From a virus, in UHGV virus genome UHGV-1509762: a stretch of 26,449 nucleotides of DNA; one strand, 5' to 3'. Under the pieces are notes generated by a model. It ran no database searches. It was not told the DNA's origin and saw only the letters and a program-made list of their open reading frames with translations. The translations under genes were made by a program, and so were the position numbers. Every line of letters starts with the position of its first letter. The stretch's first letter is position 1. This document shows positions 7,176-16,094 of the stretch, piece by piece.

Positions 7176-9134
7176 TTAGATTCCCTCAACTATTTTCATA
7201 ATTCTAGCTGCATCATTCTTTTTGTCTTGATATTCAGCATAGGCTTGTTTTGATTGCACGATTAGGTCATTATATGTCAATATTTTTCCATTGATAGAAA
7301 GTAATTGCATATTTATAAAGTGTTGGTTCTCTTGTAAATATCCAGAGCCAACCAGGAATATTACTTCTATATGCGGTATATTTCCACCTGGGCAATTTTT
7401 AGGGTTATTGGAGAACCATTGTGTCGTTGCCTGTACATATTTATTACCTTGTGCGACTAGGTTCATTATATCTGGGTGCACTTTAGGTCGTTTCATCTCA
7501 ATAATTACATGCTTGCCAGAAACGGTTTTGAAAGCGATATCAATACGAGCACCGCTAGCAGCATCAGGGTTTATCTGTTTTAGTTCCTTGGTCAATGTTT
7601 GCTCCATAACAGATGTGCCTGTGACTCTTTCCCATGAAGGATCCAATAACCATAAATGATCATATAAATACATTTGTACAGCTCTTTCAAGCTGATTTTC
7701 ATCAGTTATTTTTTGGAATTTTTCAATTACTTTAAGGCGTTGCGAAGTAATTTCATAAAACATGCTTGCTTCAATGTCATTGACAGATGCAAATACATCT
7801 TTAAAATTTTCTGATTGAAGGTTGCTTATTTTATCTAATGCATCAAGGTTGTCTTGAATTCTAAGTCTTTCAAAGGCTAATACCGTATTTTTTAATACGG
7901 TTTTTCTTGCTGCTTTTTGTTCTTCCTCATTACCAGAAAAACGGAATGTGTTTACTCGTCCAATTAACTTTTCGGCACTTTCTCTCTCATGTTTTTTGAG
8001 AGAATTCAGCCATTCACTTACTATTGGAGTATTGCTTTTAACTTCATTTACTCCTTTTTCGCGTCTCCATTTATCCCAATCTTTATCGATTAGTTGTAGC
8101 GTTCTTTCCAGAAAACCTTTAAGTACAGGGTATCTTGGATCATTCTGTTGTAGTTTTTGACGAGAAGATGTTGCCATATCAGGCTTTTCGTTATCATCTA
8201 GAAAATCGGCGACTATTTCACCGACCAGATAATTGGTGAATACTTTAGCACTTCCAAATTCTAATAATATGTCCTCCTCAAAAACACGTCCGTGAGAGAT
8301 TACAGTAATGCTGTTGTTAGATATTTCAGGGTCTTTCTTTAACTGTGATGGCTTAACTACACTGCCAATGTACCCACTAACTTTTACATCTTTTCCTTCA
8401 AAGGTAATAGTATTTGGTAATATGTTTTTTTGTGTGATGTTTGTGCAGGATTTTATCCTTTCAGGGTCGGATTCGCCAAATTCCCAAATGAACTCGAGAT
8501 CTGAAAGGAAATCTCTATCTGCCGGTGTAATATCGGTCCCATTAATTTTAACTGTAAAGTTATGGTTGGGGCCAATAATGCTAAATCGACGAGCTATTCG
8601 CTTTCTGAGGTAAGTTTGAGTCCTATCAATGGCTTTTTTTAGTTCAAATAATTTAATTGTAGTGCCGTAAGCAAGATTTTCGGGTATTTCAAGGGAGTCA
8701 GCAATATAGTTTTTTGATTCTTTGATACTTTGCTGTAAATCTTTGACATCTACCTCAAAGGCCTGAGGCTGTTCCCCCTTTTTGTACGAATAAACTTGGA
8801 TTTTATTGGCAAGTGAAAACATGGCAAGCTTACCAATACCTTTTCTGCCCATAACTTGACGTTTTAGATGATCGCTTTTGGCTCTTCCATGTTCCCTGCG
8901 AGCATAACCGACTTTTAGGAACTTATTAATAATGTCATCTTTAGACATGCCATGACCATCATCTTTAATGATGACCTCTCCTTTCTCAACATCAAGTGTA
9001 ATTTCTACATTTTGAGCATCTGCATCCCATGCATTTGATATAATCTCAGTTAGTACCGCGGGAGTATTGGAATAGAGACTCATCCCTAGGTGATTTAGCA
9101 CATTCAAATCAATTTTAATTTCGAAATCTGACAT
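7176..9134 (-). CDS. GHKL-family (MORC/MutL/Hsp90-like) ATPase with a C-terminal PD-(D/E)xK-like nuclease motif; putative ATP-dependent restriction or defence nuclease
   Basis: N-terminus carries the Bergerat-fold motifs: N box EIISNAWDADA (E30, N34, D37), G1 box IKDDGHGM (DxGxG), G2 box GRKGIGK. The C-terminal segment ARIDIAFKTVSGKHVIIEMKRPK has a D ... ExK arrangement (D532, E546, K548; DNA 7491-7541) consistent with a PD-(D/E)xK nuclease core. AAGGAA RBS precedes the ATG at 9134. The gene is AT-rich relative to the phage backbone. Confidence 0.85.
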   Translation of the reverse strand: MSDFEIKIDLNVLNHLGMSLYSNTPAVLTEIISNAWDADAQNVEITLDVEKGEVIIKDDGHGMSKDDIINKFLKVGYARREHGRAKSDHLKRQVMGRKGIGKLAMFSLANKIQVYSYKKGEQPQAFEVDVKDLQQSIKESKNYIADSLEIPENLAYGTTIKLFELKKAIDRTQTYLRKRIARRFSIIGPNHNFTVKINGTDITPADRDFLSDLEFIWEFGESDPERIKSCTNITQKNILPNTITFEGKDVKVSGYIGSVVKPSQLKKDPEISNNSITVISHGRVFEEDILLEFGSAKVFTNYLVGEIVADFLDDNEKPDMATSSRQKLQQNDPRYPVLKGFLERTLQLIDKDWDKWRREKGVNEVKSNTPIVSEWLNSLKKHERESAEKLIGRVNTFRFSGNEEEQKAARKTVLKNTVLAFERLRIQDNLDALDKISNLQSENFKDVFASVNDIEASMFYEITSQRLKVIEKFQKITDENQLERAVQMYLYDHLWLLDPSWERVTGTSVMEQTLTKELKQINPDAASGARIDIAFKTVSGKHVIIEMKRPKVHPDIMNLVAQGNKYVQATTQWFSNNPKNCPGGNIPHIEVIFLVGSGYLQENQHFINMQLLSINGKILTYNDLIVQSKQAYAEYQDKKNDAARIMKIVEGI

Positions 9135-9319
9135 ATAGTCGTTCCTTGCTGAGAGTTCATTTTAGTTTCATGCAATCAATAGGTTAGGCTGAAGATAAAA
9201 CCTTAAGATAACCAAAGCAAGTGTTCATTAGCGGCTTTGTTTCATGACATGATGTGTGTCGCTTTTTGCATGAAACTGCATTTGTTTCTTATATCTGCTC
9301 TTTTTACATACTGCTAGTG

Positions 9320-9341
9320 TTGACATGGCTTTGACATGGCT
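9320..9341. repeat. Perfect tandem duplication TTGACATGGCT x2 near cos
   Basis: Seen directly at 9320-9330 and 9331-9341, about 40 bp from the cos cohesive-end sequence. Function unknown: could be promoter -35-like elements or terminase-binding (cosB-like) repeats. Confidence 0.6.
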
Positions 9342-9377
9342 GTGCAACTGCATTAAAACCGCCCCATGAAGCGGGCG

Positions 9378-9396
9378 GGCGAGGCGGGGAAAGCAC
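9378..9396. other. cos site: P2-type 19-nt cohesive-end sequence GGCGAGGCGGGGAAAGCAC
   Basis: Sequence matches the P2 cohesive end as I recall it. It lies about 170 bp beyond the 3' end of the portal gene Q, the same spacing as in P2. Confidence 0.7.
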
Positions 9397-9538
9397 TGCG
9401 CGCTGGCGGTGGTGCTGATTTTATTTTTTCAGCGTCTCAGCGCGTCGTAATGGCGTTTAGATTGTGCGCCGGGGCGTTGGTGTGTCTGCGGGCTGTTTTG
9501 TGCGGTGGTGAGCGTGTGAGGGCGTGATGACGGGGTGT

Positions 9539-9560
9539 AAAAAAGCCGCCCGCAGGCGGC
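9539..9560 (-). terminator. Rho-independent terminator of the late P-Q operon
   Basis: On the minus strand a GCCGCC-TGCG-GGCGGC hairpin (9545-9560) is followed by a T run (A run 9539-9544 on the plus strand), immediately after the Q stop at 9566. Confidence 0.65.
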
Positions 9561-9565
9561 GATGT

Positions 9566-10600
9566 TCAGCCGTTGTCAGTGTCCAGTGAGTAGTTTTTAA
9601 AGCGGATGACCTCCTGGCCGAGCCAGCCGTTTATTTCCCGAATCCTGTCCTGTAACGGGATTAGCTCATTGCGGACAAAGACCTTTGCCACTTTCTCAAT
9701 ATCGCCCAGTGACCCGACGTTCTCCGGCTTGCCACCCATCAACTGAAAGGGGATGCGGTGTGCGTCCAGCAGGTCAGCGGCGCTGGCTTTTTTGATATTA
9801 AAAAAATCGTCCTTCGTCGCCACTTCACTGAGCGGGATAATTTTAATGCCGTCGGCTTTCCCCTGCGGGGCATAGAGAAACAGGTTTTTAAAGTTGTTGC
9901 GGCCTTTCGACTTCACCATGTTTTCGCGAAGCATTTCGATATCGTTGCGATCCTGCACGGCATCGGTAACGTACATGATGTATCCGGCATGTGCGCCGTT
10001 TTCGTAATACTTGCGGCGGAACAGCGTGGCCGACTCATTCAGCCAGGCAGAGTTAAGGGCGCTGAGATATTCCGGCAGGCCGTACAGCTCCTGATTAATA
10101 TCCGGCTCCAGCAGGTGAAACACGGAACCGGGCGTGAAAGGTGTCGGCTCGTTGAAGGACGGCACCCACCAGTAAACATCCTCTTCCACACCACGGCGGG
10201 TATATTTTGCCGGTGAGGTTTCCAGTCTGATGACCTTACCGGTGGTGCTGTAACGCTTTTCCAGAAACGCATTACCGAACACCAGAAAATCCAGCACAAA
10301 GCGGCTGAAATCCTGTTGCGAAAGCCACGGATGCGGGATAAATGTTGAGGCCAGAATATTGCGTTTGACGTAAATCGGTGAGCTGTGATGCACGGCAGCA
10401 CGCAGGCTTTTTGCCAGACCGGTAAAGCTGACCGGCGGCTCATACCATCTGCCGTTACTGATGCATTCGACGTAATCCAGAATGTCACGGCGGTCGAGTA
10501 CCGGCACCGGCTCGCCAAAGGTGAATGCTTCCATTTTCGGGGCGCTGGCGGTGATTGTTTTTGCCGCTGGCTGCGGTGTTTTCCCTTCTTTCTTGCTCAT
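9566..10600 (-). CDS. Q: Portal protein (P2 gpQ-like)
   Basis: 344 aa, same length as P2 Q; N-terminus MSKKEGKTPQPAAK...FTFGEPVPVLDRRDILDYVEC recognisable; ATGA overlap with the stop of P. Confidence 0.92.
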   Translation of the reverse strand: MSKKEGKTPQPAAKTITASAPKMEAFTFGEPVPVLDRRDILDYVECISNGRWYEPPVSFTGLAKSLRAAVHHSSPIYVKRNILASTFIPHPWLSQQDFSRFVLDFLVFGNAFLEKRYSTTGKVIRLETSPAKYTRRGVEEDVYWWVPSFNEPTPFTPGSVFHLLEPDINQELYGLPEYLSALNSAWLNESATLFRRKYYENGAHAGYIMYVTDAVQDRNDIEMLRENMVKSKGRNNFKNLFLYAPQGKADGIKIIPLSEVATKDDFFNIKKASAADLLDAHRIPFQLMGGKPENVGSLGDIEKVAKVFVRNELIPLQDRIREINGWLGQEVIRFKNYSLDTDNG

Positions 10601-12372
10601 CAGTAAAACTCCAGAATGGTGGATGTCAGCGGGGTGCTGATACCGGCGGTGAGTGGCTCATTTAACAGGGCGTGCATGGTCGCCCAGGCGAGGTCGGCGT
10701 GGCTGGCTTCCTCGCTGCGACTGGCCTCATAGGTGGCGCTGCGTCCGCTGCTGGTCATGGTCTTGCGGATAGCCATAAACGAGCTGGTGATGTCGGTGGC
10801 GCTGACGTCATATTCCAGACAGCCACGGCGGATAACGTCTTTGGCCTTGAGCACCATTGCGGTTTTCATTTCCGGCGTGTAGCGGATATCGCGCGCGGCA
10901 GGATAGAACGAGCGCACGAGCTGGAACACGCCGACACCAAGGCCGGTGGCATCAATGCCGATGTATTCGACGTTGTATTTTTCGGTGAGTTTGCGGATGG
11001 ATTCCGCCTGGGTGGCAAAGTCCATGCCTTTCCACTGGTGACGCTCAAGTATTCTGAATTTGCCACCGGCCACCACCGGCGGTGCCAGCACCACGCATCC
11101 GGCGCTGTCGCCACGGTGTGACGGGTCGTAACCAATCCATACCGGACGTGAGCCGAACGGATTGGCGGCAAACGGCGCATAGTCTTCCCATTCTTCCAGC
11201 GTGTCGACCATGCAGCGTTGCAGCTCCTCGAACGGGAACACCGACGCCTTGTCGTCAACAAATTCACACATGAACAGGTTTTTAAAATCGTCGGCGCTGT
11301 TTTCACGTTTGAGCTGCTCAATGTCGAACAGTGTGCAGCCGCCTTTCAGGGCGTCCTCAATGGTGACAATCTGCCGCCACTGGCCGTCCGCACAGAGAAG
11401 CCCGCTGGCAAGGGCGTTATGACTGACGTCGATTTCCACACGTTCGGCGGCGCTGGCGCGTCCCCGGTTGAACAGTTCACCCGACCAGAACGGGTAGGCG
11501 TCGTGCGCCAGCGTGGACGGGGTGGAGAAATAGGTCGAGCGCAGGTGACTCTGTGAGGCCATACCTGATGCCACCTTACGCAGTACCTGAAAATTCGGGA
11601 TCCAGAAAATCTCGTCGACGTACAGGTCGCCGTTATGGCTCTGTGCGGTGTTGGAGTTGGTGCCGAGAAAAATCAGTTTTGCGCCGTTATTGCCCAGGAC
11701 AATCGGGTCACCGGTCAGGTCAACGTCAACCAGACGGGCAAAGGCGATGATGTATTCGCGGAACACATACGCCTGCGTTTTACTGGCCGACAGAAAAATC
11801 TGGTTATGACCGGTTTTCAGGGCGCGCAGCAGCGCCTCGCGGGAAAAATAAAACGTCGCGCCAATCTGGCGGGATTTCAGGATATCGCGGATGCGGTGCT
11901 CAAGCCCGGCGCGATACCAGTGCAACTGATAGTCGAAAGACTGCTCAAAGAAAATCTGCTCCAGCTTTTCGATAGCCTCGTCACTGAAAAAATTCTTTTT
12001 CGGTTTGCGACGCCCGCCTTTGTTGCGGTTAGCGACGTTCGGATTAAGGTCTGCCTCGTTGCCGGTCTGGCTGTAGCGGTTTACCCGTGCCAGTCGTTCA
12101 ATCTGGCGTCCGAGCAGGTCAATTTCCTTGAAGTCACCGCCGGTTTTCTGCGGTTTGATGATGAGCTGGGTCAGCCGCGCTTCCAGGCTCATTTCGACAC
12201 GGCTGATGGGGGCAACGCTGTCCCAGCCGTCGCGCTGTTTCCAGCTCTGCACCGTCGGGCGTTTCATCTGCAACATGGCGGCAATCTGCGGCACGGAAAA
12301 CCCCTGCCAGTACAGCAGCGCCGCCTGACGACGCGGGTCGTGTAAAAGAGTGGTGTCTGTGGTGATGGTCAT
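10600..12372 (-). CDS. P: Terminase large (ATPase) subunit (P2 gpP-like)
   Basis: 590 aa from the ATG at 12372 (GAGGT RBS 5 nt upstream), matching the P2 P length; the track's start at 12402 is a TTG. Transcribed leftward upstream of Q as in P2. Confidence 0.9.
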   Translation of the reverse strand: MTITTDTTLLHDPRRQAALLYWQGFSVPQIAAMLQMKRPTVQSWKQRDGWDSVAPISRVEMSLEARLTQLIIKPQKTGGDFKEIDLLGRQIERLARVNRYSQTGNEADLNPNVANRNKGGRRKPKKNFFSDEAIEKLEQIFFEQSFDYQLHWYRAGLEHRIRDILKSRQIGATFYFSREALLRALKTGHNQIFLSASKTQAYVFREYIIAFARLVDVDLTGDPIVLGNNGAKLIFLGTNSNTAQSHNGDLYVDEIFWIPNFQVLRKVASGMASQSHLRSTYFSTPSTLAHDAYPFWSGELFNRGRASAAERVEIDVSHNALASGLLCADGQWRQIVTIEDALKGGCTLFDIEQLKRENSADDFKNLFMCEFVDDKASVFPFEELQRCMVDTLEEWEDYAPFAANPFGSRPVWIGYDPSHRGDSAGCVVLAPPVVAGGKFRILERHQWKGMDFATQAESIRKLTEKYNVEYIGIDATGLGVGVFQLVRSFYPAARDIRYTPEMKTAMVLKAKDVIRRGCLEYDVSATDITSSFMAIRKTMTSSGRSATYEASRSEEASHADLAWATMHALLNEPLTAGISTPLTSTILEFY

Positions 12373-12545
12373 GAATACCTCGCCGTGATGAATACACGGC
12401 AAGGCTACTGAGTCGCGCCCCGCGATTCGCTAAGGTGCTGTTGTGTCAGTGATAAGCCATCCGGGACTGATGGCGGAGGATGCGCATCGTCGGGAAACTG
12501 ATGCCGACATGTGACTCCTCTAATCACTATTCAGGACTCCTGACA

Positions 12546-13400
12546 ATGGCAAAAAAAGTCTCAAAATTCTTTCGTATCGGCGTTGAGGGTGACACCTGTG
12601 ACGGGCGTGTCATCAGTGCGCAGGATATTCAGGAAATGGCCGAAACCTTTGACCCGCGAGTCTATGGTTGCCGCATTAACCTGGAACATCTGCGCGGCAT
12701 CCTGCCTGACGGTATTTTTAAGCGTTATGGCGATGTGGTCGAACTGAAGGCCGAAAAGATTGACGATGATTCGGCGCTGAAAGGCAAATGGGCGCTGTTT
12801 GCGAAAATCACCCCGACCGATGACCTTATCGCGATGAACAAGGCCGCGCAGAAGGTCTATACCTCAATGGAAATTCAGCCGAACTTTGCCAATACCGGCA
12901 AATGTTATCTGGTGGGTCTGGCCGTCACCGATGACCCGGCAAGCCTCGGCACGGAATACCTGGAATTCTGCCGCACGGCAAAACACAACCCCCTGAACCG
13001 CTTCAAATTAAGCCCTGAAAACCTGATTTCAGTGGCAACGCCCGTTGAGCTGGAATTTGAAGACCTGCCTGAAACCGTGTTCACCGCCCTGACCGAAAAG
13101 GTGAAGTCCATTTTTGGCCGCAAACAGGCCAGCGATGATGCCCGTCTGAATGACGTGCATGAAGCGGTGACCGCTGTTGCTGAACATGTGCAGGAAAAAC
13201 TGAGCGCCACTGAGCAGCGCCTCGCTGAGATGGAAACCGCCTTTTCCGCTCTTAAGCAGGAGGTGACTGACAGGGCGGATGAAACCAGCCAGGCATTCAC
13301 CCGCCTGAAAAACAGTCTCGACCACACCGAAAGTCTGACCCAGCAGCGCCGCAGCAAGGCCACTGGCGGTGGCGGTGATGCCCTGCTGACGAACTGCTGA
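12546..13400 (+). CDS. O: Capsid scaffolding protein (P2 gpO-like)
   Basis: 284 aa from the ATG at 12546; N-terminus MAKKVSKFFRIGVEGDTCDGR as in P2 gpO. The track ORF begins 22 codons upstream at 12480. Confidence 0.92.
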   Translation: MAKKVSKFFRIGVEGDTCDGRVISAQDIQEMAETFDPRVYGCRINLEHLRGILPDGIFKRYGDVVELKAEKIDDDSALKGKWALFAKITPTDDLIAMNKAAQKVYTSMEIQPNFANTGKCYLVGLAVTDDPASLGTEYLEFCRTAKHNPLNRFKLSPENLISVATPVELEFEDLPETVFTALTEKVKSIFGRKQASDDARLNDVHEAVTAVAEHVQEKLSATEQRLAEMETAFSALKQEVTDRADETSQAFTRLKNSLDHTESLTQQRRSKATGGGGDALLTNC

Positions 13401-13458
13401 CCGGCGTCAGTCAGTCCGGGAAAACCTTCACGATTAACCCTTAATTTCAGGAAAAACT

Positions 13459-14532
13459 ATGCGCCAGGAAACCCGCTTTAAATTTAATGCCTACCTGTCC
13501 CGTGTTGCCGAACTGAACGGCATCGACGCCGGTGATGTGTCGAAAAAATTCACCGTTGAACCGTCGGTCACCCAGACCCTGATGAACACCATGCAGGAGT
13601 CCTCTGATTTTCTGACCCGCATCAACATTGTGCCGGTCAGCGAAATGAAAGGGGAAAAAATTGGTATCGGTGTCACCGGCTCCATCGCCAGCACCACCGA
13701 CACCGCCGGTGGCACCGAGCGTCAGCCGAAGGACTTCTCGAAGCTGGCGTCTAACAAGTACGAATGCGACCAGATTAACTTCGATTTTTATATCCGCTAC
13801 AAAACGCTGGACCTGTGGGCGCGTTATCAGGATTTCCAGCTCCGTGTCCGTAACGCCATTATCAAACGCCAGTCCCTTGATTTCATCATGGCCGGTTTTA
13901 ACGGCGTGAGGCGTGCCGAAACCTCTGACCGCAGCAGCAATCCGATGCTGCAGGATGTGGCGGTCGGCTGGCTGCAGAAATACCGCAATGAAGCCCCGGC
14001 GCGCGTGATGAGCAAGGTCACTGACGAGGAAGGTCACACCACCTCTGAGGTCATCCGCGTGGGTAAAGGCGGTGATTATGCCAGCCTCGATGCACTGGTG
14101 ATGGATGCGACCAACAACCTGATTGAGCCGTGGTATCAGGAAGACCCTGACCTTGTGGTGATTGTGGGGCGTCAGTTACTGGCGGACAAGTATTTCCCCA
14201 TCGTCAACAAGGAGCAGGACAACAGCGAAATGCTGGCCGCTGACGTCATCATCAGCCAGAAACGCATCGGTAACCTACCAGCGGTACGCGTCCCGTACTT
14301 CCCGGCGGATGCGATGCTCATCACGAAGCTGGAAAACCTGTCCATCTACTACATGGATGACAGCCATCGCCGCGTGATTGAGGAAAACCCGAAACTCGAC
14401 CGCGTGGAGAACTACGAGTCAATGAACATTGATTACGTGGTGGAAGACTACGCCGCCGGTTGTCTGGTGGAAAAAATTAAGGTCGGTGATTTCTCCACAC
14501 CGGCTAAGGCGACCGCAGAGCCGGGAGCGTAA
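13459..14532 (+). CDS. N: Major capsid protein (P2 gpN-like)
   Basis: 357 aa, same length as P2 N; N-terminus MRQETRFKFNAYLSRVAELNG recognisable. Confidence 0.93.
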   Translation: MRQETRFKFNAYLSRVAELNGIDAGDVSKKFTVEPSVTQTLMNTMQESSDFLTRINIVPVSEMKGEKIGIGVTGSIASTTDTAGGTERQPKDFSKLASNKYECDQINFDFYIRYKTLDLWARYQDFQLRVRNAIIKRQSLDFIMAGFNGVRRAETSDRSSNPMLQDVAVGWLQKYRNEAPARVMSKVTDEEGHTTSEVIRVGKGGDYASLDALVMDATNNLIEPWYQEDPDLVVIVGRQLLADKYFPIVNKEQDNSEMLAADVIISQKRIGNLPAVRVPYFPADAMLITKLENLSIYYMDDSHRRVIEENPKLDRVENYESMNIDYVVEDYAAGCLVEKIKVGDFSTPAKATAEPGA

Positions 14533-14535
14533 CCG

Positions 14536-15279
14536 ATGACGAGTCCCGCACAGCGCCACATGATGCGGGTCTCGGCAGCGATGACCGCGCAGCGGGAAGC
14601 CGCCCCGCTGCGACATGCAACTGTCTATGAGCAGATGCTGGTCAAGCTGGCCGCAGACCAGCGCACACTGAAAGCGATTTATTCAAAAGAGCTGAAGGCC
14701 GCGAAAAAACGCGAACTGCTGCCGTTCTGGTTGCCGTGGGTGAACGGCGTGCTGGAGCAGGGCAAAGGTGCACAGGATGACATTCTGATGACGGTCATGC
14801 TGTGGCGTCTGGATACCGGCGATATTGCCGGTGCGCTGGAGATTGCCCGTTATGCCCTGAAGTACGGTCTGACCATGCCGGGTAAACACCGCCGCACCCC
14901 GCCGTACATGTTCACCGAGGAGGTGGCGCTCGCGGCCATGCGTGCTCACGCTGCCGGTGAGTCTGTGGATACCCGCCTGCTGACGGACACCCTTGAACTG
15001 ACCGCCACGGCTGACATGCCTGATGAAGTGCGCGCAAAGCTGCACAAAATCACCGGTCTGTTTCTGCGTGACGGTGGTGATGCCGCAGGTGCGCTGGCGC
15101 ACCTGCAACGTGCGACACAGCTCGACTGTCAGGCAGGCGTCAAAAAAGAGATTGAACGACTGGAGCGGGAGCTGAAACCGAAGCCGGAGCCGCAACCCAA
15201 AGCGGCCACCCGTGCCACGCGTAAGACCCGGAGTGCGACACCGGCAAAACGTGGACGCCCGAAAAAGAAAGCCAGTTAA
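14536..15279 (+). CDS. M: Terminase small (endonuclease) subunit (P2 gpM-like)
   Basis: 247 aa, same length and position as P2 M; lysine/arginine-rich C-terminus. Confidence 0.88.
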   Translation: MTSPAQRHMMRVSAAMTAQREAAPLRHATVYEQMLVKLAADQRTLKAIYSKELKAAKKRELLPFWLPWVNGVLEQGKGAQDDILMTVMLWRLDTGDIAGALEIARYALKYGLTMPGKHRRTPPYMFTEEVALAAMRAHAAGESVDTRLLTDTLELTATADMPDEVRAKLHKITGLFLRDGGDAAGALAHLQRATQLDCQAGVKKEIERLERELKPKPEPQPKAATRATRKTRSATPAKRGRPKKKAS

Positions 15280-15378
15280 CAACCGAATGCGCCCCGCGCC
15301 AGGGCGGCACGCCGGTCTGTGAGGGTGAATCACCTGACACTGTACCGGCGTCCACCGCCCGACTTTTCAGAGGTAGTC

Positions 15379-15888
15379 ATGATGACGCTGATTATTCCGC
15401 GAAAGGAGGCTCCCGTGTCCGGTGAGGGTACGGTGGTCATCCCGCAACCGGCAGGCGACGAGCCGGTGATTAAAAACACGTTCTTTTTTCCCGATATCGA
15501 CCCGAAGCGCGTCCGGGAACGTATGCGCCTTGAGCAGACCGTCGCCCCCGCCCGTCTGCGTGAGGCCATCAAGTCAGGCATGGCTGAAACGAATGCGGAG
15601 CTGTACGAGTACCGCGAACAGAAAATTGCTGCCGGTTTTACGCGTCTGGCGGACGTCCCGGCGGACGACATCGACGGTGAAAGCATCAAAGTTTTTTACT
15701 ACGAGCGCGCCGTGTGTGCGATGGCGACCGCGTCGCTTTATGAGCGTTATCGCGGTGTGGATGCCAGTGCGAAAGGCGACAAGAAGGCTGACAGCATTGA
15801 CAGCACCATTGATGAACTGTGGCGGGATATGCGCTGGGCAGTGGCGCGCATCCAGGACAAGCCGCGCTGCATCGTGAGTCAAATCTGA
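15379..15888 (+). CDS. L: Head completion/stabilisation protein (P2 gpL-like)
   Basis: 169 aa from the ATG at 15379 (MMTLIIPRKEAPVSGEG), matching the P2 L length. Confidence 0.88.
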   Translation: MMTLIIPRKEAPVSGEGTVVIPQPAGDEPVIKNTFFFPDIDPKRVRERMRLEQTVAPARLREAIKSGMAETNAELYEYREQKIAAGFTRLADVPADDIDGESIKVFYYERAVCAMATASLYERYRGVDASAKGDKKADSIDSTIDELWRDMRWAVARIQDKPRCIVSQI

Positions 15889-16091
15889 TGAAGACCTTTG
15901 CGCTACAGGGCGACACGCTCGACGCCATTTGTGTCCGGTATTACGGGCGCACTGAGGGCGTGGTCGAAGCCGTGCTCGCCGCAAATCCGGGACTGGCTGA
16001 ACTGGGTGCGGTGCTGCCACACGGCACCGCCGTCGAACTGCCCGACGTTCAGACCGCGCCCGTGGCTGAAACTGTCAATCTGTGGGAGTAA
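15888..16091 (+). CDS. X: Tail protein X (P2 gpX-like)
   Basis: 67 aa from the ATG at 15888, overlapping the L stop (TGATG); MKTFALQGDTLDAICVRYYGRTEG. Confidence 0.85.
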   Translation: MKTFALQGDTLDAICVRYYGRTEGVVEAVLAANPGLAELGAVLPHGTAVELPDVQTAPVAETVNLWE

Positions 16092-16094
16092 CGC

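Noticed and set aside
9758-12397. Several long plus-strand and minus-strand ORFs (for example 9758..10216, 10039..10518, 10672..11121, 10866..11321, 11635..12345, 12134..12397) overlapping the portal and terminase genes
   Set aside because: They are antisense or out of frame within the clearly homologous Q and P genes in GC-rich DNA, where long spurious ORFs are expected; none has an RBS or a recognisable motif.
12373-12545. Searched the divergent P/O intergenic region for the Ogr-type late-promoter element TGT-N12-ACA
   Set aside because: I found only imperfect matches (for example TGT-N12-CAC at 12510-12527), so I do not annotate late promoters, although they must lie here by position.
12905-16020. 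Minus-strand ORFs inside the capsid/packaging block (12905..13363, 13447..14037, 14683..15333, 15330..15689, 15574..16020)
   Set aside because: Antisense to the O, N, M and L genes whose identity is strongly supported; typical GC-rich shadow ORFs.
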